Positions 1 to 5,815 of a DNA stretch of 8,190 nucleotides are shown here, one piece after another (within the stretch, counting starts at the first letter, position 1; the number at the start of each line of letters is the position of its first letter). A model generated the notes under the pieces. That model ran no database searches and was not told the origin of the DNA. It saw nothing but the letters and a program-made list of their open reading frames with translations. Location of the stretch: IMG/VR virus record IMGVR_UViG_2609459797_000006; one strand, written 5' to 3'. A program made the position numbers and the translations under genes. The DNA comes from a virus (Duplodnaviria > Heunggongvirae > Uroviricota > Caudoviricetes).

Positions 1-237
1 CTGTCACCCTTTGACGTGGTGATATGGATGACGGATGGCTGGCCGCTGTATGAATCCCGCCTGAAGGGAAAGCTGCACGTAATCAGCAAGCGATATACGC
101 AGCGAATTGAGCGGCATAACCTGAATCTGAGGCAGCACCTGGCACGGCTGGGACGGAAGTCGCTGTCGTTCTCAAAATCGGTGGAGCTGCATGACAAAGT
201 CATCGGGCATTATCTGAACATAAAACACTATCAATAA
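1..237 (+). CDS. insB: IS1 transposase InsB, C-terminal part (5' end lies outside the window)
   Basis: Open frame runs from nt 1 to the TAA at 235-237; the listed 73-aa ORF (16-237) is only the part after an internal Met. Sequence recognised as InsB. Confidence 0.88.
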   Translation: MSPFDVVIWMTDGWPLYESRLKGKLHVISKRYTQRIERHNLNLRQHLARLGRKSLSFSKSVELHDKVIGHYLNIKHYQ

Positions 238-252
238 GTTGGAGTCATTACC
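1..252 (+). mobile_element. IS1 insertion sequence, right-hand ~250 bp (element continues left of the window)
   Basis: Frame 1 from nt 1 reads ...[78 protein letters not shown], which I recognise as the InsB C-terminus. The segment ends with ...CTATCAATAAGTTGGAGTCATTACC (228-252), the reverse complement of the IS1 terminal repeat GGTAATGACTCCAACTTATTGATAG. Recalled from memory, not searched. Confidence 0.88.
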
Positions 253-278
253 CACCTTTTAAAAGAAAAACCCTTTAA

Positions 279-380
279 AGGTGAACAGGTGAATACTTGG
301 TGAACACTTCAATAAAAAGTGTTCACCCCTTAACTATCTGTTAAATAGACGATTTTATCCACGGTGAATAGTGGTGAACA
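279..380. repeat. Iteron-like cluster: six copies of GGTGAAYA / TGTTCACC in both orientations, including a perfect 11-bp inverted repeat GGTGAACACTT-N7-AAGTGTTCACC (299-327); candidate crr/ori-type binding sites for the adjacent helicase/primase
   Basis: Seen directly: GGTGAACA 280-287, GGTGAATA 288-295, GGTGAACA 299-306, TGTTCACC 320-327, GGTGAATA 363-370, GGTGAACA 373-380. From memory, phage P4 ori and crr carry TGTTCACC type I iterons bound by the alpha protein. Confidence 0.6.
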
Positions 381-389
381 CTTTTCCCA

Positions 390-2159
390 TTACTTTTGAT
401 TTTCTCCACTGTTATGAGATGTATCATTCCACATAGGCATCCAGTCTTCTGAGTCGTCGTGAAGCGTGACGTTTGACCTTATGCCATGTTTTGTTTTGCG
501 CTTCTGGTACTCCTTGCCATATTCAGCCATTGCGCCTGGCATATCCGTACCGAACCTCATCAGCGATACCGGCTTGCTCAGACCATTAGCCCGCATATAA
601 GCCAGATAAGCGTGATACAGATAACGGCGCGGGCTGAATGGCACGATCTCGGCATTGCCAATCAGCATTCCATCACAAACCACCGAAGCCATCAGGTAGC
701 CGCAAAAGTCCACCAGTGAATCCCCTTCACGTTTGATGGCCAGCGCTTCTTCTGATTTCTGCTGCTCATGCAAAAGCTGTTTGGCTTCGTCCTGCCTGGA
801 AAAGCGAGTGAGCAGGTGGCGAATGATTACAGCCAGCTCACCTTCAATCTTCTCGGCCAGCATAGGATCGCGTTCGTTTTCCGGTACCACTTCGGAGAAG
901 TTGAAAATCACCCGCCGTCTGGAAACCCCCCCGCTTCTGTCGCTGAACGACATGGCATTGTTATTGACGGCAAGCACCACCGCTGGAATACGGGTTGAAT
1001 ATGGCGCTTTGTGTTTAGGGTCAATGGCTACCTTATCCCCGCCAGTGATAGCTTTAATCCCTGCGCCGTCGCCAGCGTACCGGGTCATATCCGGCATGAT
1101 AATCAGCGAATAGCCCACTACCAGCGCCCTTTCCCTTGGGTTCTCCAGCGCCGCCATGCTCGCTGATACGGTGTTGGCCTTGCCCGCCAGCATCGTGCAG
1201 ATCTCAGCCATAACACTTTTACCACTTCCGCCCGGCCCCGTTACCTCAAGAAACAGCTGCCAGTCGTACCGGTTCGCCAGCACCATAAACAGCGCAGACA
1301 GTACGCGGTCTGCTTTTCGGTCATTATCCGCCACTGAGCGGCGGAGCCATTTCCAGAAGTTCGGCGCATGGGTTGCCAGAGTCTCTCCTTCTGCTGGTTC
1401 GCTGAATGGCAATTCGCTCGCAACGATAAGCCAGTCCTTTTTATCATGCGGTCGAAATTGGCCTAACCGGGTATCAAAAACCCCGTTGCTGAAACCAATA
1501 AGATTTCGGGCTGTATTACCCATCACTGGCAGACCCAGCTTCATTGTATCGACAGCGGATTTAATCGCGTTCTGCGAATAGGCGACTTCGGCATCAATAA
1601 AAATTTGCGCCATTTCCCGCTGTAGCTCTTTATCCGAAAGCGGAACCCACACCACGCCGTTGTAATGATGAACCGTGTCAGAATCAGCATGGATCGCCAG
1701 ATTGCCATCGTAATGAGCAAGCAGAACCTCCCCGCGCTGGCTGGCTCCCATCTGGTTAAGCGCTGGCGTAGCACTACCCCTCGTAGTCACCATTAGGGGC
1801 TCGTCTTCCAAACGCTTCATTAATGGCGTCCAGTCCTCTTTCTCACCTTTTTCGTTGATAAACTCAGCATTGGTAACGCCAGCCTCACACAGCTTATTTG
1901 CAATCATGCTGATTTGGTTTTGCTCGATAAGTCCGGCCTGACAGACACGAGCAAACCGACGGCCTTTATCAACAATGCGCAGGTGTGGCAATTCCGCCAG
2001 TTGGGTGTGATCCAGAACCACAGGTGGAACATCGTCTCCATGCTCGCCCTTGCCTTTCTGGTAATCCTGAGCGGCTTTCCATGCTCCCGTTCCAGCAAAG
2101 ATGATGGCCTCCTCCATTTTGTCGCGCGGGAGGGTTTTCACATTAGGCGCGTTTTTCAT
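390..2159 (-). CDS. P4 alpha-type replication protein (D5_N-like region plus SF3 helicase; phage/plasmid primase P4-family C-terminal domain), 589 aa
   Basis: Long ORF with Walker A motif VTGPGGSGKS, Walker B-like hydrophobic stretch ending in D (SLIIMPD) and overall resemblance to P4 alpha / poxvirus D5-type helicases. ATG start at 2157-2159 preceded by a GGGGG Shine-Dalgarno-like run. The iteron cluster lies just downstream. Family assignment from motif recognition only. Confidence 0.8.
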   Translation of the reverse strand: MKNAPNVKTLPRDKMEEAIIFAGTGAWKAAQDYQKGKGEHGDDVPPVVLDHTQLAELPHLRIVDKGRRFARVCQAGLIEQNQISMIANKLCEAGVTNAEFINEKGEKEDWTPLMKRLEDEPLMVTTRGSATPALNQMGASQRGEVLLAHYDGNLAIHADSDTVHHYNGVVWVPLSDKELQREMAQIFIDAEVAYSQNAIKSAVDTMKLGLPVMGNTARNLIGFSNGVFDTRLGQFRPHDKKDWLIVASELPFSEPAEGETLATHAPNFWKWLRRSVADNDRKADRVLSALFMVLANRYDWQLFLEVTGPGGSGKSVMAEICTMLAGKANTVSASMAALENPRERALVVGYSLIIMPDMTRYAGDGAGIKAITGGDKVAIDPKHKAPYSTRIPAVVLAVNNNAMSFSDRSGGVSRRRVIFNFSEVVPENERDPMLAEKIEGELAVIIRHLLTRFSRQDEAKQLLHEQQKSEEALAIKREGDSLVDFCGYLMASVVCDGMLIGNAEIVPFSPRRYLYHAYLAYMRANGLSKPVSLMRFGTDMPGAMAEYGKEYQKRKTKHGIRSNVTLHDDSEDWMPMWNDTSHNSGENQK

Positions 2160-2334
2160 CTTTCAGCCCCCAGCTAACGAAAGTGAACTCTTTAACGAAC
2201 CTTTCCAGCGGAAAGATGCACGGAAAATCGTAACCATCACGCACAAACGTTACCCGGTTAAATGCGTTATCTTTCACCGTGACCAGTTCGCCGCGCTTAT
2301 CCTTCCAGCTATCGTTGATTTCAGGATTTCGCAC
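2143..2334 (-). CDS. Small hypothetical protein (63 aa), GTG start, overlaps both neighbours
   Basis: GTG at 2332-2334 preceded by GGAGG at 6-nt spacing; overlaps the upstream ORF by 14 nt and the helicase start by 17 nt (TAA 2143-2145). No family recognised. Could also be an overlap artefact. Confidence 0.4.
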   Translation of the reverse strand: MRNPEINDSWKDKRGELVTVKDNAFNRVTFVRDGYDFPCIFPLERFVKEFTFVSWGLKDEKRA

Positions 2335-2536
2335 TGTAAGCCTCCCGCGCCTTCACCAGCTCGCCGATAGATTTGTGCAGCAGAGACATAATTGCTCCGA
2401 CACGGCACGCTTCCTCACGGTGTTCTTCACCGTCGGGAATGCTGTCAATCCACATGCTCAGCACAGACATTGCGCACTCACTTTCTGAAAGGGCATTTTC
2501 AGCGTGCATCAGGACTTCAAAAGGAACCTGTCTCAC
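2321..2536 (-). CDS. Small hypothetical protein (71 aa), GTG start overlapping the upstream stop (GTGA)
   Basis: GTG at 2534-2536 preceded by GGAGAG; the stop TGA of the upstream 64-aa ORF overlaps this start, indicating translational coupling. Acidic, Cys/His-containing sequence; no family recognised. Confidence 0.5.
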   Translation of the reverse strand: MRQVPFEVLMHAENALSESECAMSVLSMWIDSIPDGEEHREEACRVGAIMSLLHKSIGELVKAREAYSAKS

Positions 2537-2727
2537 TTTGTCTCTCCCATGTGCAGCTCGGCGATTAATGCCCGGTGAATTTCCTGATTAAAATCACACG
2601 CAATAGAAATCAGATTCAGCAGCGTTTCTGAACATTCAGCAGAGGCTTTTTCCAGGATGGTTTCGTAAAGTGATGAAGCCAGCGCTGATTTATATTCGGC
2701 CTGCTCCAGACAGATTGGCTCACGCAT
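2533..2727 (-). CDS. Small hypothetical protein (64 aa)
   Basis: ATG at 2725-2727 preceded by a strong AGGAGG Shine-Dalgarno at ~6 nt; the start overlaps the stop of the upstream ORF (ATGCGTGA). No family recognised. Confidence 0.6.
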   Translation of the reverse strand: MREPICLEQAEYKSALASSLYETILEKASAECSETLLNLISIACDFNQEIHRALIAELHMGETK

Positions 2728-2911
2728 AGCGAACCTCCTGAACTGGTAGACGGCCAGCGCATACCATCACGCAGCCAGCCGGTGATTGCTCACGGGCTTC
2801 GCGCTCAGTGTTAGCTGTGATGTGAATGACGTTGCGACCGATGGCGCTCAGTGCAAGAAAACGCCAGATGTAGGACTTCCGCCCTTGCGGGTGTGTGATA
2901 TGATCTTTCAT
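2720..2911 (-). CDS. Small hypothetical protein (63 aa; [18 protein letters not shown]...), first gene of the minus-strand operon leading to the helicase/primase
   Basis: Chosen start is the ATG at 2909-2911 with GAGG 6-9 nt upstream. The listed 324-aa ORF (2720-3694) extends this frame upstream across the opposite-strand RHH gene and looks spurious there. An alternative ATG at 2996-2998 lacks a Shine-Dalgarno. Confidence 0.45.
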   Translation of the reverse strand: MKDHITHPQGRKSYIWRFLALSAIGRNVIHITANTEREAREQSPAGCVMVCAGRLPVQEVRYA

Positions 2912-2999
2912 AGCTGCCTCGTTACTTTCGCTAACGGTGGTGGTTAGAGGCCCGGTTAGTGTTCCACCACTGCCGGGCTTTGCTTTACTAAAAGTCATG

Positions 3000-3057
3000 C
3001 AATGTAGTACATTGTCAACTCCACTACAGACTAGACCACAGGAGTTGACAATGTCAA
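3000..3057. promoter_or_regulatory. Divergent promoter/operator region with nested palindromes built on TTGACA/TGTCAA half-sites
   Basis: Seen directly: perfect 15-bp palindrome CAATGTAGTACATTG (3000-3014); perfect 13-bp inverted repeat CATTGTCAACTCC (3010-3022) / GGAGTTGACAATG (3041-3053) with an 18-bp spacer; palindrome TTGACA-A-TGTCAA (3045-3057) spanning the RHH start codon. Lies between divergent genes. Confidence 0.55.
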
Positions 3058-3224
3058 CAAGCGAAAATAAAGAGCGCCATGTTGTGCAGCTCAGACTCGA
3101 TAAAGAACTGTCAGAGCGGCTCGCTTTAGCGATGAAAGAAGACGGTGACGATAATAAGTCGGGATGGATAAAACGCCTTTTGCGCCGTGAACTTGATAAG
3201 CGCGGCATCGAGCCAAAAGGCTGA
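3051..3224 (+). CDS. Small ribbon-helix-helix (CopG/Arc/Mnt-like) DNA-binding protein, 57 aa; candidate repressor of the divergent replication operon
   Basis: ATG at 3051 preceded by AGGAG (3042-3046). Sequence [50 protein letters not shown] has a beta-strand-then-two-helices layout typical of RHH proteins. Fold inferred from sequence pattern only. Confidence 0.55.
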   Translation: MSTSENKERHVVQLRLDKELSERLALAMKEDGDDNKSGWIKRLLRRELDKRGIEPKG

Positions 3225-3543
3225 ACAGGGTTACTCCCCGTAATGCTGTGGACTGCCCCTCTTAAAAAGGGTCTGTTTTGCGCAACTATTAATGAGTTGT
3301 GCAGAGGCTCCCCTCTTAAAGAGGGTTGGTTATCTTCGCAGCTCTCTACGTTTTTCGTCGGAGCCTCTAAACCACGTTTAACGTTGTTTTGCCATGAACC
3401 CGAATACTGTTCGCCTTTGTCTCGATCTCCGTACGTTAAACGTACGCGGTTAATTTGTGCGTACGGATTTCGTCGGCTCAAGGTTTGACCACCAGCGGCA
3501 AGCCTGGTAATCTGGCGATGTTTCTGTAAAGCGGTATTGCACT

Positions 3544-3571
3544 GGCGGCCCGGCATGGCCGCCTTTGTTTT
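3544..3571 (+). terminator. Rho-independent terminator on the plus strand (GGCGGCC-CGGCAT-GGCCGCC followed by TTTGTTTT)
   Basis: Perfect 7-bp GC stem with 6-nt loop and T-rich tail, seen directly. Sits ~320 nt downstream of the RHH stop and just outside the 3' end of the convergent 230-aa gene. Confidence 0.55.
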
Positions 3572-3576
3572 GCCTG

Positions 3577-4269
3577 TCATACAATAGCCTCCACTTTCAG
3601 CCCGCCAGCGGTATACCCCTGAACCCGAACACCATCGACGCGATGACGCTTTTTCGTCAGAAAGCGGATGTGATCTGCGTAGACGTACTGCCATTTACCA
3701 TCGAGTGCCACACGTTTAAACCACGGATGAGGCTTAGATATGGTCTGGACAACTGGCGCGGAAGCCTTGCAGGGCGTGGGTTCTGCTGTGCATACCCCCT
3801 TATCGTTACCCGTTACTCTATACAGCCAGTAACTTGCCAGCTTCCCGGTCAATTTACGGGTGCGCACGGGGATATAACCCGCCTCACGCATCGCCTTACC
3901 AAAAGTGGCATCGTCCGGGTAATACTGGCGGCGTAGTTCCGTAGATACTGAAACGGCAAAGCTGCGTTTAGTCGGGTATTCCTGCCACTGGCCGACAAAT
4001 TCAAAAGGAAGACCATTAACCCTTCCTTTGGTCTTGTCCTTGCCGCTTATCCCTACATCATGGTCTGCCTCATGCACGGACACGCCGGAACGCAGCCACA
4101 CCAGCCCGTTACCGTTGTGGCGCAACCCCAGATCGGCAAGCGTAAATTCACCGCGATTAATGGGCGACCAGTCACCGGAAATAACCTGTTTACGGTTCGC
4201 TGAAATATCGTGCTGGCTGGCTACAGGGTGAGCGAATCCCTGCCCGTGGAGGGCATTAATCTTTTTCAT
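3577..4269 (-). CDS. Hypothetical protein, 230 aa, encoded immediately downstream of the AlpA-like gene
   Basis: Uninterrupted ORF with ATG start 20 nt downstream of the alpA-like stop. No catalytic motif recognised; family not assignable by eye. Confidence 0.65.
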   Translation of the reverse strand: MKKINALHGQGFAHPVASQHDISANRKQVISGDWSPINRGEFTLADLGLRHNGNGLVWLRSGVSVHEADHDVGISGKDKTKGRVNGLPFEFVGQWQEYPTKRSFAVSVSTELRRQYYPDDATFGKAMREAGYIPVRTRKLTGKLASYWLYRVTGNDKGVCTAEPTPCKASAPVVQTISKPHPWFKRVALDGKWQYVYADHIRFLTKKRHRVDGVRVQGYTAGGLKVEAIV

Positions 4270-4289
4270 CTCAGATTACCTGTGGTTAA

Positions 4290-4574
4290 TTAAGCAGATT
4301 TACGGCTGTATGGGTTATTGACGTTCTCTACTGCTGGCGGATTACGAACCCACCAGAGCACATCCGAAAGAAGCCAAGCACAGCTATTGCGGCCAAAGTG
4401 ACAGCGCGGAGGGAAGCGCCCCTGCTGCTCCATCTTCCAGCGGCTGGAACGGGAAAGACTGGTGATCTCGCTGCATTCATCTTCACGGATTCGGCGATCA
4501 AACTTAAAGCCGTACTCTTCTAAAAGGGTGCGGCGCTGTTCAGGATTTGGCGGGGTAAAGGTTATATTTTGCAT
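4290..4574 (-). CDS. AlpA/Vis-family phage regulatory protein (MerR-type HTH; transcriptional activator/excision regulator), 94 aa
   Basis: GGAGG Shine-Dalgarno 5-6 nt before the ATG at 4572-4574. Region ...SEITSLSRSSRWKMEQQGRFPPRCHFGRNSCAWLLSDVLWWVRN matches the AlpA pattern (LSRST-Y...G-FP....G...W...-V--W). The family includes E. coli CP4-57 AlpA and P4 Vis, recalled from memory. Confidence 0.75.
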   Translation of the reverse strand: MQNITFTPPNPEQRRTLLEEYGFKFDRRIREDECSEITSLSRSSRWKMEQQGRFPPRCHFGRNSCAWLLSDVLWWVRNPPAVENVNNPYSRKSA

Positions 4575-4623
4575 GCTGCCTCCACTGTTTCAATGTTATG
4601 CGAAGAGATTAGTGGATAAACGA

Positions 4624-4699
4624 CCAGAATTTCCATTGATTCTGGAATCCTTTAAAAGAACATGCAATTCCATTGAAAGATAGAAATTCCATCAAGATA
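4624..4699. promoter_or_regulatory. Repeat motifs upstream of the alpA-like gene: inverted repeat CCAGAAT-N8-ATTCTGG and three copies of TTCCATYRA
   Basis: Seen directly: CCAGAAT 4624-4630 / ATTCTGG 4639-4645; TTCCATTGA 4631-4639 and 4668-4676; TTCCATCAA 4691-4699. Lie 50-125 bp upstream of the alpA-like start. Function inferred. Confidence 0.35.
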
Positions 4700-4830
4700 A
4701 CGCTCCCCTGTTTAAAACAGTTTCCACAGTAATTTCAACGGCTGTCTCGAGAGAAAAAATCATGAATTTCAATAACTCGCCGAAGATCACCGTTCTTTAA
4801 CGATTTGATTCACCTTGGATTGTTCATAAC

Positions 4831-5030
4831 AAAGATGAACAATGATGAACGCTGATGAACAGTGATGAATAACCATGAACAAAGATGGAAAAAGTTAGCA
4901 AGTAATGACCTAGTAGGGACCGTGGATGGAGCTAGGTATTGTTAGGTGCTGTCGGGTGCCGTTACGTGTCATAACGTGTCATTACGTGTCGTTGAATGCT
5001 GTTGAATGCTGTTGAATGCTGTTGAATGTA
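4831..5030. repeat. Array of twenty phased 10-bp tandem repeat units in successive sub-families (ATGAAC-type x6, GGTGCT-type x3, TTACGTGTC x3, GTTGAATGCT x4), followed by very AT-rich DNA (5031-5164); candidate replication origin or protein-binding array
   Basis: Seen directly: 4831-4890 aaagatgaac/aatgatgaac/gctgatgaac/agtgatgaat/aaccatgaac/aaagatggaa; 4931-4960 gctaggtatt/gttaggtgct/gtcgggtgcc; 4961-4990 gttacgtgtc/ataacgtgtc/attacgtgtc; 4991-5030 gttgaatgct x3 then gttgaatgta. Strict 10-bp register throughout. No ORF present. Confidence 0.8.
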
Positions 5031-5164
5031 ACGGTAATACACATCAAATATAACAATTGAATCTCCTTGGCGATCATAGAATCGCCAAAAGCTCCAACAA
5101 ATATAATTAATTAGTATTTTCACATGAAATATAAATAATACCTACTAACACTGCAAAATAATAT

Positions 5165-5815
5165 TCATTCCGTATAATAAATCGAATTTAATGCCTTTCG
5201 AATTTTCTCATATATTGCTGATTTAGATAATCCAGTTTTAGATATACCTTCCTCATCAGCTAATTTATATAGTTCGTTTAAAATAGCCGAGATGCTTGGT
5301 TTTTTAGAGGTGCCAAACGAATGGCCTATCTTATGTGCTATAAGCTTGACCAGCATCCCCATTAATTTATCATTATATTCCTTTTCATCTTCTTTACGAT
5401 GCAAGCCGCGTTTGCTGCTTTTCAATGCAATTCCGACCTGTAAAAGCTCATCCCCTCCCATAGCATAAAGATGCTCTTTTCCTTTGTTTTGATTAGCAAT
5501 TATAGCCACCGCCGCAAGGCATCTGTCCTTTATGGGTTGTGGTGTAATATCTTCATCAATAAGAGGATATGCCAGAGCAAACATATAGTCTGCGGGATAG
5601 GCTGTTGAGTTTCCACCTCGAAATAATTTAGATGCTGATAACCATCTACTCAGTTGTCGATAGTATATATTGTAAGCTTCAACTTTCGCTTCAGGGATAT
5701 CAGCAGTTTTAACTGTCGGATCTACCCCACACATAAGTAGTGCAAGTTGTTTAATATTTAGCTCCGGGGCTTTGGCTTCTCGCTCGAAAATACCCAATTT
5801 TAGAAAACTAGTCAT
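5165..5815 (-). CDS. Hypothetical protein, 216 aa, AT-rich, translationally coupled to the integrase (TAATG overlap); possible C-terminal HTH
   Basis: ATG at 5813-5815 overlaps the integrase stop TAA (5815-5817). Base composition visibly more AT-rich than flanking genes. C-terminal segment ISKTGLSKSAIYEKIRKA resembles a helix-turn-helix. No known family recognised. Confidence 0.7.
   Translation of the reverse strand: MTSFLKLGIFEREAKAPELNIKQLALLMCGVDPTVKTADIPEAKVEAYNIYYRQLSRWLSASKLFRGGNSTAYPADYMFALAYPLIDEDITPQPIKDRCLAAVAIIANQNKGKEHLYAMGGDELLQVGIALKSSKRGLHRKEDEKEYNDKLMGMLVKLIAHKIGHSFGTSKKPSISAILNELYKLADEEGISKTGLSKSAIYEKIRKALNSIYYTE

Noticed and set aside
16-237. Stand-alone 73-aa gene
   Set aside because: The frame is open from nt 1 and the sequence is the C-terminus of IS1 InsB, so this is a window-truncated transposase gene, not an independent small gene.
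486-2177. Plus-strand ORFs of 64-141 aa inside the helicase/primase gene (486-719, 733-1113, 768-998, 1156-1581, 1914-2177)
   Set aside because: All lie antisense within a strongly supported 589-aa coding region, with no recognisable motifs or ribosome-binding sites; treated as shadow ORFs.
3243-3488. 81-aa plus-strand ORF in the intergenic region
   Set aside because: No Shine-Dalgarno, and the reading frame spans hairpins and palindromes; the region looks like structured non-coding DNA/RNA.
2720-3694. 324-aa minus-strand ORF
   Set aside because: It runs antisense across the RHH gene and the structured intergenic region, is Arg/Ser-rich in a low-complexity way, and has no Shine-Dalgarno at its first start. 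Only its last 63 codons (2720-2911), which have a GAGG site and are coupled to the next ORF, look like a real gene.
3565-4231. Plus-strand ORFs 3565-3936 and 4028-4231
   Set aside because: Antisense to the 230-aa minus-strand gene, without translation signals.
4831-5030. CRISPR array
   Set aside because: Units are contiguous 10-bp tandem repeats with no unique spacers; repeat length and organisation do not fit CRISPR.
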